A DNA stretch of 64,000 nucleotides from an uncultured Bacilli bacterium (GCA_947632085.1 CANRNY010000005.1:12873-76872), one strand, 5' to 3'. Positions 1 through 10,465 are shown, counted from the first letter of the stretch. The notes: a model not told the origin generated them from the sequence alone. Numbers and translations are program-made.

Positions 1-59
1 GTATTTTTTCATAAGATACCTCATTACTTCTAGTATAGACATTATTGTTTATTTTATAA

Positions 60-1670
60 TTATTTTTTCTTTTTATTAGCTGCAACTTCAATAAATGTTT
101 TAAATAATGGATGTGGACGATTTGGACGTGATTTAAATTCGGGATGGAATTGACAAGCTATATAGTGAATATGAGATGGTAACTCAATTATTTCGACTAA
201 GTTAGCTTTAGGATTGATACCTGAGAAGACCATACCATGTTCTTCTAGTAAATCACGATATTTATTATTAAATTCATAACGATGACGATGTCTTTCTAAG
301 ATATTTTCCGTTTTATAATCATTATAAGCCAATGTATCTTTTTTAATAGAACATTCGTAGTTACCTAAACGTAAAGTTCCACCCATATTAATAACTTGTT
401 TTTGATCAGCCATTAAATCAATAATTGGATTTTTACATAGAGGATCAAATTCAGTTGAATTAGCATCTTCTAAATGACAAACATTACGTGCAAACTCAAT
501 AGTTGCAACTTGCATACCTAAACATAATCCAAGATATGGAATATTGTTAGTACGTGCATATTCAGCAGCTTTTATCATTCCTTCAATACCACGTGAACCA
601 AAGCCACCTGGAACAATTATACCTTTAGAATTTTTAAATACTTTACTTAAGTCACAATTAGAATCTTCTAAAGATTCGCTATCTACCCAGTTAATGTTTA
701 CTTTAACACCAATTGGATATCCAGCATGTTTTAAAGATTCAACAACAGAAATATAGGCATCATGTAATTCGACATATTTGCCTACTAAAGAAATTTCAAT
801 TTCATCTTTTAGATTATCAGTTGTTTTAACTAATTTTTCCCAATCTTTAATATTGATATTACCAACTTTTAATTTAAAGTGATTTAAAATAATTTCATCA
901 ATACCTTGTTCATGATAGATTAGTGGAATACGGTAAACATTAGTTACATCGGGAGATGAAATAACATTAGATGGTGGGATACTACAGAACATAGATATTT
1001 TTTTCTTTAAATCTTCATCTAACATAATAGGGGTACGACAAACAATGATGTCTGGTTGTAAACCTAAACCACGCATTTCAATAACGGAATGTTGAGTAGG
1101 TTTAGTTTTTAATTCACCACTACCATATATTTCAGGAACTAATGTTGTATGAACATATAAAGTATTTTCTATACCTTCTTCTAAACGCATCTGTCTTAAA
1201 GCTTCTAAGAATGATTGAGATTCAATATCACCAATTGTGCCACCAATTTCAGTGATAATAATATCAGCATTAGAAGTATGAGCAGCTTCATAGATACGTG
1301 CTTTAATCTCATTAGTTACATGAGGAACAATTTGAACAGTTCCACCTAAAAAGTCACCACGACGCTCTTTTTCAATAACAGATGCAAAAACTTTACCCAT
1401 TGTCATATTAGATGTGTAATTAAGTTCTTCATCGATATAGCGTTCATAGTGACCTAAATCCAAATCAGTTTCTGATCCATCAGCAGTTACAAAAACTTCA
1501 CCATGTTGATATGGAGACATTGTTCCAGGGTCAACATTAATATATGGATCAAACTTTTGCATGAATACTTTATATCCACGACTTTTTAATAATAATGCAA
1601 TAGATGATGCTGTTATACCTTTACCAAGGCCAGAAACAACGCCACCTGTAACGAATACATACTTAGCCAT
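60..1670 (-). CDS. pyrG: CTP synthase
   Basis: N-terminal TGGVVSGLGKG, KFDPYINVDPGTMSP, glutaminase GLCLGMQ and QFHPEF motifs; AGGAGG RBS upstream. Confidence 0.99.
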   Translation of the reverse strand: MAKYVFVTGGVVSGLGKGITASSIALLLKSRGYKVFMQKFDPYINVDPGTMSPYQHGEVFVTADGSETDLDLGHYERYIDEELNYTSNMTMGKVFASVIEKERRGDFLGGTVQIVPHVTNEIKARIYEAAHTSNADIIITEIGGTIGDIESQSFLEALRQMRLEEGIENTLYVHTTLVPEIYGSGELKTKPTQHSVIEMRGLGLQPDIIVCRTPIMLDEDLKKKISMFCSIPPSNVISSPDVTNVYRIPLIYHEQGIDEIILNHFKLKVGNINIKDWEKLVKTTDNLKDEIEISLVGKYVELHDAYISVVESLKHAGYPIGVKVNINWVDSESLEDSNCDLSKVFKNSKGIIVPGGFGSRGIEGMIKAAEYARTNNIPYLGLCLGMQVATIEFARNVCHLEDANSTEFDPLCKNPIIDLMADQKQVINMGGTLRLGNYECSIKKDTLAYNDYKTENILERHRHRYEFNNKYRDLLEEHGMVFSGINPKANLVEIIELPSHIHYIACQFHPEFKSRPNRPHPLFKTFIEVAANKKKK

Positions 1671-1693
1671 TTTTTACTACCTCCTTACCAAAT

Positions 1694-1746
1694 AAAAAAA
1701 AGACTATTCATTTGAGAACGTCTGTAGGCTCTCTTAAATTATAACA
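1694..1746 (-). promoter_or_regulatory. pyrG extended -10 promoter and leader with putative attenuator hairpin plus U-tract
   Basis: TGtTATAAT (1746-1738), then leader GAGAGCCTAC-AGACGTTC-tcaaat-GAATAGTCT-T-run upstream of the RBS. Confidence 0.55.
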
Positions 1747-1841
1747 CTAAAAATGCATAAAGTTGAAAAAAATTAACAAAAATATATAAACTTTATTTTA
1801 ATTTTATGATATGATATTAAATATAATAAGGGCGTGGTTAG

Positions 1842-3044
1842 ATGAAATGTCTAAAGTGTGGTATGGAAGTGAAAGAAAATAATACTATTTGTCCATTTTG
1901 TGGTAGTAGTATAGAAAATGTCAAAGCTATAACGGAGACGACTAGTGTTGAACTTCCTGTTCTAAAAGCGAAAGTAAAAAAAGATACAACTTCAGAAAAA
2001 GATACTGATATGTTAAATTCTTTAGCGCAAAAATTTGATAAAGACGATGTATCTTTAGAAAAGACAAGAACTATTAAACCAGTAGAAGATAAGGAAGAAT
2101 TTTCTTTATTAAATGATATAAATAAACAAATAGAGACGGTTAATGAAGAAGCTAAGGCAGAAACTGTAACTCAAGAGGTAAAGAGTACAGGAGAAGAAGA
2201 GAAAAAAGAAGAAGAATCTTTATCTTTAGATACTAAGACAAGTGTTAATAAAAGGACAAAAGTATTATTAGCAACTGTAGGAATAGTTTTAGTATTAGCT
2301 ATTGCAATTGCTTTTACGATTAGTGCGATGGCTGGATCACGTAAAGCACAGACAAGTGATATTGAAGAGAAACTTGATCAAGCATTACAAGTTTATTATG
2401 ATTCAGGTAAGACAGAAGAAATTACTGATATGCTAGATGAATATAAAAGCAATGAGACAATTATCGAAACTATTCATGATAAGATTAAAGATAAAAGTTT
2501 AGAATGGTTAGATACTTATTTTGAAACAGAATATGTATCACAAGCTGAATTTAATTCACAGACAACAAGGTATAAAGACTTATATAGAGGATTATTTGAA
2601 TATGCCATAATAAAAGATGGTAGTAGTTATATAAGAGCTTTAGATAGTGGCGATTATGATGAATTAACAAAAAGAATAGATGATAATTATGTAGATTCAA
2701 GAATATTCTATGAAGCAATAGATTTATATAATAATAAAGATTATAATAAAGCTTACTATGCACTTAATCAAGTTAGTAATAATAGTGCTATATATACTAA
2801 GACAAGAATTTATGTTGATCGTATAAATAGTAATGTTTTAGGGTTATTAAAAGCTGATATAGCTAAAATAGAACAAGATACAACGAATTTATCAGATAGT
2901 GATATTTTAAAAATGTATAGTCAAATAGAACAGATAATAATTGATTATGATCGTTTATATAGTAATTTAGAGTTAGATAAAAATAAAGATTATAGTGATT
3001 TATTGCAAGAATATAAAACTAAAGTAGCTTCATATTCAAATTAA
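1842..3044 (+). CDS. zinc-ribbon domain bitopic membrane protein
   Basis: N-terminal CxxC...CPFC, acidic cytoplasmic linker, one TM (VLLATVGIVLVLAIAIAFTI), helical extracellular domain. Confidence 0.75.
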   Translation: MKCLKCGMEVKENNTICPFCGSSIENVKAITETTSVELPVLKAKVKKDTTSEKDTDMLNSLAQKFDKDDVSLEKTRTIKPVEDKEEFSLLNDINKQIETVNEEAKAETVTQEVKSTGEEEKKEEESLSLDTKTSVNKRTKVLLATVGIVLVLAIAIAFTISAMAGSRKAQTSDIEEKLDQALQVYYDSGKTEEITDMLDEYKSNETIIETIHDKIKDKSLEWLDTYFETEYVSQAEFNSQTTRYKDLYRGLFEYAIIKDGSSYIRALDSGDYDELTKRIDDNYVDSRIFYEAIDLYNNKDYNKAYYALNQVSNNSAIYTKTRIYVDRINSNVLGLLKADIAKIEQDTTNLSDSDILKMYSQIEQIIIDYDRLYSNLELDKNKDYSDLLQEYKTKVASYSN

Positions 3045-3049
3045 TTAAT

Positions 3050-3085
3050 AAAGATGTCAACCAAATAAAGTTGACATCTTTTTTT
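3050..3085 (+). terminator. intrinsic terminator overlapping the -35 of the next promoter
   Basis: aaagatgtcaac / gttgacatcttt stem followed by T-run. Confidence 0.85.
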
Positions 3086-3099
3086 GATGGTGTTATATT
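3071..3099 (+). promoter_or_regulatory. sigma-A promoter of leader peptide/ABC exporter
   Basis: TTGACA-17 nt-TATATT with extended -10 TG. Confidence 0.75.
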
Positions 3100-3132
3100 A
3101 GTAATGAATTTTAAAGAGAGAGGAGTGAGAAA

Positions 3133-3213
3133 ATGAGCAGTAAAATTCAAAGAAAAAATTTAATAATTAGAATGGGTAATAGATTTGTAAGAGCATTTTC
3201 TCACGAATTTTAG
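3133..3213 (+). CDS. putative 26-aa leader peptide MSSKIQRKNLIIRMGNRFVRAFSHEF
   Basis: AGAGAGGAGTG RBS before the ATG; embedded in alternative stem pairings and followed by a terminator-like hairpin; below the ORF-track cutoff. Confidence 0.6.
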   Translation: MSSKIQRKNLIIRMGNRFVRAFSHEF

Positions 3214-3272
3214 AGAAAATACTTGGTTAATAACTATTACTTAATAGTTATTTTTTAATGGAGGAGAAATTT

Positions 3273-5006
3273 ATGAAAAGTTTAAAATATTTTAAAATAT
3301 TATTTCGATATTTTAAAAATGATAAACTTAAATTATCTCTTTATATTATATTAACTATTGCTAAATATTTTGAACCACTTATTAATGCTTTTATATGGGC
3401 GAATGCATTTCAAGCATTAGCAACTGGTAATAACTATGATTTTATAAAGTATTTAATGTGTTGGAGTGGTTTAATCATCTTTATGTGGGTTATTATTCAA
3501 ATACCTACAGATTTAATTTATAATTATTTAGAAAAGAAATTTATGGAGAATGTTAGTAAAGATTTATATGTAAAAGTATCTGATATGCCAGCAATTGCTT
3601 TTGAGGAGATTGGGGTTGGGGAATTTATAAATCGTATGTATACTGATCCTGATCGTGTATTAGAATTACTTAATAAGTTAATTAAGTTAACTTGTCGTTT
3701 AGTAATAGCGATTATTATTGTAGGTATATCTTTTACGGTATCAATATATGTTGGACTAGAGTTACTAGTATTATGTATTGTAATGTTTATCTTATCTAAT
3801 ATTTACTATCCAAGAATTAAAAAGGTGCAAGAAGCAATTAAGAAAGATTCAGATGAATTTATTAAAGTAGCTACGCAGAATATAACTGGGATTAGAGAAA
3901 TAAAAGCTTTAGGAATTAAAGATAATATAAATAGAAGAGTATATGTTAATGTAGAAAGTTTATTTAAGAAACAAAGAAAGATTGGGGTAGATGAGACTTT
4001 CTATTATGCGTTAAATAATTTATGTTATTTTGTTATTCAGTTTATTATTCTTCTTACTTTAGGTATTTCAGTTTTTACTGGAGTTATTACGTTAGCATCA
4101 TTTGTTTTAATTGAAAAATATATATGGCGAATTGATGATGTTGTAGAATCTTTATCAGAGTTTGGGGTTTCTTATAATAAAGTTACAGTATCTTTGAAAA
4201 GAATAGATGAAATACTAAATAATAAGTTATATGAAGATGAGAAATTTGGTAAGAAAGAGATTAATGATAAAAAGATAAAAATTGAGTTTAAAAATGTTAG
4301 TTTTAAATATCGAAATGATGAAGAATATATCTTAAAAGGTTTAACGATGAAGTTAGAACCACATAAGAAGATTGCGATTGTTGGTAAGTCAGGACAAGGC
4401 AAATCGACATTATTTAATTTACTTTTAAGATATTTTGATGCTACTAAAGGTCAAATACTTGTTAATGGGGAAAATATTAAGAATTTAAGTGAAGATTCTT
4501 TACGAGATAATATTTCAGTTATTAGACAGAGTCCTTACTTATTTAATTCAACAATATTTGATAATTTTAAAGTAGTTAAAGAAGATGTTACTTTAGAAGA
4601 AGTTAAAAACGTATGTAAGAAAGCTTATATTGATGATTATATTGAGTCTTTACCTAATGGTTATGAAACTATTATAGGTGAAGGTGGAGTTAATTTGTCG
4701 GGTGGACAGAAGCAAAGAATAGCAATAGCTAGAACTTTACTTAAAAATACGAAAGTTATACTATTTGATGAAGCAACATCAGCTTTAGATAATGAATCGC
4801 AAGAATATATTAAAAAGACAATTGATGACTTAGTTAAAACGCATACAATTATAATAGTTGCTCATAGACTCTCTACTATTATGGATGCTGATTTAATATA
4901 TGTTATTGATGATGGTAAAGTTTTAAGTTATGGTAATCATGATGAATTAATGGCTTCATCAGAACTATATCGTAAACTTTATAGTCCAGAAGTATTAGAT
5001 TTCTAA
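3273..5006 (+). CDS. ABC exporter, fused permease/ATPase (multidrug/peptide type)
   Basis: Multi-TM N-terminal domain, Walker A GKSGQGKST, LSGGQKQR, DEATSALD; start taken at ATG 3273 after GGAGG. Confidence 0.95.
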   Translation: MKSLKYFKILFRYFKNDKLKLSLYIILTIAKYFEPLINAFIWANAFQALATGNNYDFIKYLMCWSGLIIFMWVIIQIPTDLIYNYLEKKFMENVSKDLYVKVSDMPAIAFEEIGVGEFINRMYTDPDRVLELLNKLIKLTCRLVIAIIIVGISFTVSIYVGLELLVLCIVMFILSNIYYPRIKKVQEAIKKDSDEFIKVATQNITGIREIKALGIKDNINRRVYVNVESLFKKQRKIGVDETFYYALNNLCYFVIQFIILLTLGISVFTGVITLASFVLIEKYIWRIDDVVESLSEFGVSYNKVTVSLKRIDEILNNKLYEDEKFGKKEINDKKIKIEFKNVSFKYRNDEEYILKGLTMKLEPHKKIAIVGKSGQGKSTLFNLLLRYFDATKGQILVNGENIKNLSEDSLRDNISVIRQSPYLFNSTIFDNFKVVKEDVTLEEVKNVCKKAYIDDYIESLPNGYETIIGEGGVNLSGGQKQRIAIARTLLKNTKVILFDEATSALDNESQEYIKKTIDDLVKTHTIIIVAHRLSTIMDADLIYVIDDGKVLSYGNHDELMASSELYRKLYSPEVLDF

Positions 5007-5061
5007 TACTTCTTTTTTTAAGAAAGAAATAATTATATGATATAATTAAATAGGTGGTAGT

Positions 5062-5760
5062 ATGAAAAATAAAAACTTAATAATAGCTATTTCATTAACT
5101 ATCCTATGTTTAATAATAGGTTTTGGAGTTGTTATATTAAAAGGAGATTTAGGTAGGTTTTATAAATATATTAATTATGAAAAAGAAACTTTAAAAAGTG
5201 ATAATGAAGAAATAGAAGTATATGTAAATAATAATTATAATTATCATAATACAGATGTAAGAGAAGAGAAAATAGAGTATATTGTTATTCATTATACAGG
5301 TAATACAGCTAGTGCTCCTGTATTTATGTCATCTTATAATAATTTTGATACAACTAATAAAAGTGTTGATTTCTTTGTAGATCATAATGGAGATATATAC
5401 AAGTATAATCTAGAAACGGAAAATAGATATGCTTTTGCAGTTGGTGGTCATCTTGAAGAAACACAAGGTGGTTCTTTGTATGAAAAAGTAACTAATGAAA
5501 ATAGTATTAGTATTGAAATGTGTGTTAAAAATGATGGTTTAAAGGAAGCTAATGCAGAAGGATGGTATATTCTTCCAGAAACGGTTGATGCTACTATTCA
5601 GTTAGTTAAATATTTAATGGATAAATATGATATTCCAGTTACAAATGTAATTAGACATTATGATGTAAATGGTAAGTTATGTCCAGGTATTGTAGGTTGG
5701 AATAAAGATAGTGGTTCAGAAAAAGAATGGGAAAACTTCTTAGAAAAATTAGAGGAGTAA
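5062..5760 (+). CDS. membrane-anchored N-acetylmuramoyl-L-alanine amidase (Amidase_2)
   Basis: IVIHYT, SISIEM, IRHYD, KLCPG zinc/catalytic motifs; N-terminal TM. Confidence 0.9.
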   Translation: MKNKNLIIAISLTILCLIIGFGVVILKGDLGRFYKYINYEKETLKSDNEEIEVYVNNNYNYHNTDVREEKIEYIVIHYTGNTASAPVFMSSYNNFDTTNKSVDFFVDHNGDIYKYNLETENRYAFAVGGHLEETQGGSLYEKVTNENSISIEMCVKNDGLKEANAEGWYILPETVDATIQLVKYLMDKYDIPVTNVIRHYDVNGKLCPGIVGWNKDSGSEKEWENFLEKLEE

Positions 5761-5905
5761 TAGATATTTATAAATAGTTTTAAAACTATTGAAGAGTTAA
5801 AAAACGACAAGTAGTGACAACTTTTTGACAATTAACATATTCTTGTTGACTTTATCTTTTACGTTCCAGTATAATGTGGCTATAAGATAGGGAGAAATAT
5901 AAGAT

Positions 5906-7258
5906 ATGAAAAAGAAAATTTTAAGCGCTATATTTATTTTAGCGATATTTGTTGTTCCATTTGGTGTGATTGTTGGACACTCAAAAACTTTAACTGATTT
6001 TTTAACTCAAGTGTCTAAAGTTAAATTAATGGATATCTCAGAAAATGGTTGGAGTGTTAATAGTGCAACAACTAAATATATCAATGGAGGAAATATATTA
6101 CTTGATTTAGACTATGGTGTTTTAGTAGAATTTGATAGAGAAAGTCGACCAAAATGGTTTGGAACATATCCAATTGATGAAATAAAACATCATGATTTTT
6201 ATATGTATGATACTAAAGGTAATTTAGTTAAATCAAAATTACTTGAAGAGAAAATGGAAGAAATAAATGATTACCATATGGAAATGGAAACTTATAAAGA
6301 ACGTGAAATAACTAACAAATTATTTTATTATAATGATAATTTCTATGCGGTAGCTGGAACAGTAGATGCTTCGGCTGATTACGGACTTACTTCAAAGGAA
6401 AATGGTTCAGTAGAAGAGGGACATAAAAAGTATAGTTTAGTTAAGTATGATATGGATTTCAAAAATGTAAGTCATATTGAAGTATCAGATGAAGCATATA
6501 CAAACGTACGTGTAAATAATGTAGATAATACTTTATATGTTATAGCTGTAACAGATGATATTGCTTATGCAGATTTATCTAGTTCAGAAAATAAAAAATG
6601 TGAAATATATACAGTAGATGGTGAATTTAAGACGGCTGCTAATGTTGATTGTAATTTAGAAAATGTAGGAAAATATTTTCCTGATTATGCATTTCAATTA
6701 CAACATGGTTTAACTGATAATGAGTATGATTATAGAAGTAATGAAAATGTTTTCATTTCTGATAAAGGAAAAAAATTAGTATATACTAATAAAAATAATG
6801 AAAAAATAGAAATTGCTGCTGATAATGGAACATATACTAATGTTAAATTCGCTGGTAATATGATAGTAGCTATTGAAGATACATTAGAAAATAAAAACAA
6901 AAATTTCTTCTATTCAAAAATTGATCTTTATGATGCAGATGGTAACTTGCTTGACCAAGTAATCGGTTTAAATTCTTATAGAGATCTTGATGTTGATGAA
7001 ACAAATAATAAATTTATAGTATCAACTATTAGACTAGATAAAATATTAGGAGTTAATTATTGGGACTATATATATACAGCATATGATCCTAGTACTGTAG
7101 AAATAGGTTATGAAGAATATGTCTTCCCTAATGTAGAAGAACCAGAAGAAGAACCTAAAATTCCGAATCCAGAAACTAGTGATTTAATAATTATAGGATT
7201 TATAGCAGTATTTGGTGTTAGTTTCTACCTTTATAAAAAATGTAAAAAAGCTCTATAA
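5906..7258 (+). CDS. secreted surface protein with C-terminal NPETSD sorting-signal-like tail
   Basis: Signal peptide; PEEEPKIPNPETSD followed by hydrophobic stretch and KKCKK. Confidence 0.7.
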   Translation: MKKKILSAIFILAIFVVPFGVIVGHSKTLTDFLTQVSKVKLMDISENGWSVNSATTKYINGGNILLDLDYGVLVEFDRESRPKWFGTYPIDEIKHHDFYMYDTKGNLVKSKLLEEKMEEINDYHMEMETYKEREITNKLFYYNDNFYAVAGTVDASADYGLTSKENGSVEEGHKKYSLVKYDMDFKNVSHIEVSDEAYTNVRVNNVDNTLYVIAVTDDIAYADLSSSENKKCEIYTVDGEFKTAANVDCNLENVGKYFPDYAFQLQHGLTDNEYDYRSNENVFISDKGKKLVYTNKNNEKIEIAADNGTYTNVKFAGNMIVAIEDTLENKNKNFFYSKIDLYDADGNLLDQVIGLNSYRDLDVDETNNKFIVSTIRLDKILGVNYWDYIYTAYDPSTVEIGYEEYVFPNVEEPEEEPKIPNPETSDLIIIGFIAVFGVSFYLYKKCKKAL

Positions 7259-7289
7259 TTGAGCTTTTTTTATAAATGGGGGATTTATT

Positions 7290-8582
7290 ATGAAAGAAAA
7301 AATATATGATAAAATAACAACTATTTATTTAATTGCTTTAGTAATGGTCTTATTTATATCTAATATTTTTTTTGTTTATCAATTTATTAGATGTTCAGTG
7401 ATCTCTAATGGTGTATTGGTATTTGGTGGTATAGGTTTAATATTATACTTATATCATATAATAGTTACTAAAAATATTAGATGTTGGGATTTATTAGTAA
7501 TTTTAATATATTTCTTTTGCTATCTTTCTTATCTTCATGCTTTTGATAGAAGAACTGCTTTATTTGGTTATTATAGCGGTAGAGAAGGTATGCTAGTTAT
7601 ATATGCTTACTATATTATCTTTTTACTTTCTTCAACTTTGAAAAATGATAAAATTAAAGAATTAATTCTGTTATTACTTACTTGTCAAAGTATTGTCCAA
7701 GTTATTTATTGCTTTTTACAAATCTCAGGATTATATTTTGTCTTTAAAATGCCAATTATGGGTCTTGAAAAATATTCTTCAGGATTCTATTCTAATTCTA
7801 ATTTCTTTGGTTCTTATATTTCATTAATTGTTGGTTTATGGGTACCTATTTATTTCTTTAATAAGAAATTTGATATTAAAAGTTATCTTGTTTTATCATT
7901 TTTAATAGCTGGTTTATTAAGTTGTGGAACAATGAGTGCTTTAGTAGCTTTAATAGCAATTATTTGTTTAGCAATTATTTATTATTTTATTAAAAGAAAG
8001 AATATTCAAGGTAAAACATTTTTAATTAAATTAGTTACATTATTTGTTACGATATGTATAGAATTTTTAGCTTTATCTTATTTTACTGAAAGTTCACTTG
8101 TTAAAGATACAGTTGAATTAAAAGATCAAGTAGTCAGTGTTGCTAGTGGTGAAATAGATGATTCTTTTGGTACAGGAAGAATATATATTTGGAAACAAAC
8201 TTTAAAATATATTCCAAAGTATTTTTGGTATGGAATAGGAATAGATAATTTTATATTTTTAGGTTTTGAATCAGGAACATTTATTTATGATTCACCTTTA
8301 GAAGATAATATTATTAATAAAGCACATAATGAATATTTAAATATTTTAGCAACAGGTGGTATTTTTCTATTTGTCGTATATATGGTTATAATTATAACTA
8401 TATTTGTTAAGGCGAGTAAAGATATTATAAAGACTAAGAAAATAAATAGTTTAAGAGATTCATTCTTCTTTGCTTTTTGTAGTTATTTAGTTCAAGCATT
8501 CTTTAATTGTAGAATGGTCTTTGTAGCGCCGTTATTCTTTATGATTATGGGATTACTGGTATCAACAATAGAAAAAGAATAA
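7290..8582 (+). CDS. O-antigen ligase/Wzy_C family membrane protein
   Basis: Many TM helices; NSNFFG, GTGRIYIW, GIGIDNF, AHNEYL motifs. Confidence 0.88.
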   Translation: MKEKIYDKITTIYLIALVMVLFISNIFFVYQFIRCSVISNGVLVFGGIGLILYLYHIIVTKNIRCWDLLVILIYFFCYLSYLHAFDRRTALFGYYSGREGMLVIYAYYIIFLLSSTLKNDKIKELILLLLTCQSIVQVIYCFLQISGLYFVFKMPIMGLEKYSSGFYSNSNFFGSYISLIVGLWVPIYFFNKKFDIKSYLVLSFLIAGLLSCGTMSALVALIAIICLAIIYYFIKRKNIQGKTFLIKLVTLFVTICIEFLALSYFTESSLVKDTVELKDQVVSVASGEIDDSFGTGRIYIWKQTLKYIPKYFWYGIGIDNFIFLGFESGTFIYDSPLEDNIINKAHNEYLNILATGGIFLFVVYMVIIITIFVKASKDIIKTKKINSLRDSFFFAFCSYLVQAFFNCRMVFVAPLFFMIMGLLVSTIEKE

Positions 8583-8611
8583 AATAAGAGCTCTTTAAGA
8601 GCTCTTATTTA
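8583..8611. terminator. bidirectional terminator between convergent genes
   Basis: aaataagagctc ttta agagctcttattt inverted repeat. Confidence 0.75.
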
Positions 8612-9801
8612 ATTACATTATAAGCTAATTTCCAAGCTAATATTTTTCTTACAGATTCATTAATACGTTTTTCAGATATACGACCTTCTTGGGCAGCTTT
8701 TAAAGCACTATCATAATAATCTTTATATTGTTTAGTAATAAGTAAATCATTACCGGCATTAATTGCTAAAGTAGATAATTCATTATTGGTATTATAACTA
8801 TCTAACGCATCCATTGTTAGATCATCACTGACGATTAAACCAGTATAGTTATAATCATTTTTTAAAATATCAATAACACTTTTAGAAAGAGAAGCGGGAT
8901 AACTACGATCAACGGTAGCAATAATATTATGAGATATTAAGATAAATGGTGTACCTGCTTCAATACCCATTTGGAAAGGAATTAAATCATTTTCTTTCAA
9001 ATAAGATAATTCACGATTATCAATTGTTTCTATACGATGCGTATCACCATTAGGACCATATCCAGGGAAGTGCTTTAAACAAGTAGAAAAGTTTAATTCT
9101 TGAGCTATATTAGTTACTTTGACAATATAATTACCAGTTTCAGTAGGATTTAAACCAATAGATCTATCATACATAAAGTCTTTAGGATTAGTTGATATAT
9201 CAGCAACTGGTGCTAAATTTAAATTAAAACCAAGGTCTAATAATAATCTATCTTTCATTTCTTCAATTTCTAATACTTTATCAATACCACCTTCATTATA
9301 ATAAGCACGTGGTGATAATATTTTAGTATTAATTAATTTAGGATTATAACTTAAACGTGTTACTGTTCCTCCTTCTTCATCAAGAGTCATAATATAATTT
9401 ATTTTGGCTTTATCTTGTCGATTAGATATCTTAGCTATTACTCGATCTTTACTTAAATTTTTTAAATCACTACTAAATAAAATAAAACCACCAACTGTCT
9501 TATAACTATCACTTTCTTTATATGAAGAGAAAGGAATAATAAACATTTGAGCTATTTTTTCTTCTAAAGTTAAAGTATTAAGAATTTGATCAGCTTCATC
9601 ATAATATTGAGCAAAAAGATCTGGTTTCTTTTCGAGAGGAGCAAACTCTTTTTTGATTGGTGGTAAGAGTGGTGCTTCGTTATTAGTTAATCGGGAATTA
9701 GAATCTATATTCGCAATAAAATTATTAAGAGTAATTAAACTAAAAAGTAAAATAAGGATTACTAAAATAGTTGAAAGATAAATAATAATATGTTTTTTCA
9801 T
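8605..9801 (-). CDS. nagZ: GH3 beta-N-acetylhexosaminidase (NagZ-like), membrane anchored
   Basis: DEEGGTVTRL, NLAPVAD, KHFPGYG...DTH, SDDLTM motifs; N-terminal TM. Confidence 0.85.
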   Translation of the reverse strand: MKKHIIIYLSTILVILILLFSLITLNNFIANIDSNSRLTNNEAPLLPPIKKEFAPLEKKPDLFAQYYDEADQILNTLTLEEKIAQMFIIPFSSYKESDSYKTVGGFILFSSDLKNLSKDRVIAKISNRQDKAKINYIMTLDEEGGTVTRLSYNPKLINTKILSPRAYYNEGGIDKVLEIEEMKDRLLLDLGFNLNLAPVADISTNPKDFMYDRSIGLNPTETGNYIVKVTNIAQELNFSTCLKHFPGYGPNGDTHRIETIDNRELSYLKENDLIPFQMGIEAGTPFILISHNIIATVDRSYPASLSKSVIDILKNDYNYTGLIVSDDLTMDALDSYNTNNELSTLAINAGNDLLITKQYKDYYDSALKAAQEGRISEKRINESVRKILAWKLAYNVIK

Positions 9802-9912
9802 TTTATGACCTTCTTTATTAATTATTTTAACATATATTAAAAATTTATATTAGGGAAAATTGCAGGATTAATAATTTTTTTGTATAATAAAGCCAATTTA
9901 AGTGGTGGTTTT

Positions 9913-10464
9913 ATGGTTAATAATTTTAAAATTAATAAAAAGATAGTAGCTGGGGCTTTAATAGCAGCAATTATTGGAACAGGAATTGGTGGTTATCATA
10001 TGCATCGTAATCATGAAGTTGCAAGAGTTAAAGGTTATTTAGAAGATTTTTTAACTGAAGATAATTATGTTGATTTATCTAAAGTTAGTGGGGAATATAA
10101 GATTAGTGATTTTGATGGAGATACTTTAAGAAAAGTATTAGAAGAAATGAATATAGATTATGTAAGAATTAATGATGCTTTTATTTATGATAAAAATCAT
10201 GTTTTACCATTTACACATAAAAACGCTGTTAATTATAATAAAGTTGTATGGAATGATGGAACACAAGATATTTATGAAATGTATGAACCAATAAGAGTTC
10301 CTAGTAGTAAAGGAGTTACTTATCAAATACCAGAAGGATTTGTCTTAGAAGACGTTGCAGAAATAGCTGAACCAATTAGATATGAAGATTTAGATGATAA
10401 AGAAATAAGAGTTTTAAAAAATAATTATGAAGATTCTTATAGTTTAACAATGGAGAAAAAATAA
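9913..10464 (+). CDS. hypothetical protein with N-terminal membrane anchor
   Basis: ORF with GGTGGT RBS before ATG 9913; hydrophobic N-terminal segment. Confidence 0.65.
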   Translation: MVNNFKINKKIVAGALIAAIIGTGIGGYHMHRNHEVARVKGYLEDFLTEDNYVDLSKVSGEYKISDFDGDTLRKVLEEMNIDYVRINDAFIYDKNHVLPFTHKNAVNYNKVVWNDGTQDIYEMYEPIRVPSSKGVTYQIPEGFVLEDVAEIAEPIRYEDLDDKEIRVLKNNYEDSYSLTMEKK

Positions 10465-10465
10465 A

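Noticed and set aside
5062-5760. Amidase as a prophage endolysin
   Set aside because: Has an N-terminal membrane anchor and no holin or other phage genes nearby; sits near nagZ-like cell-wall genes
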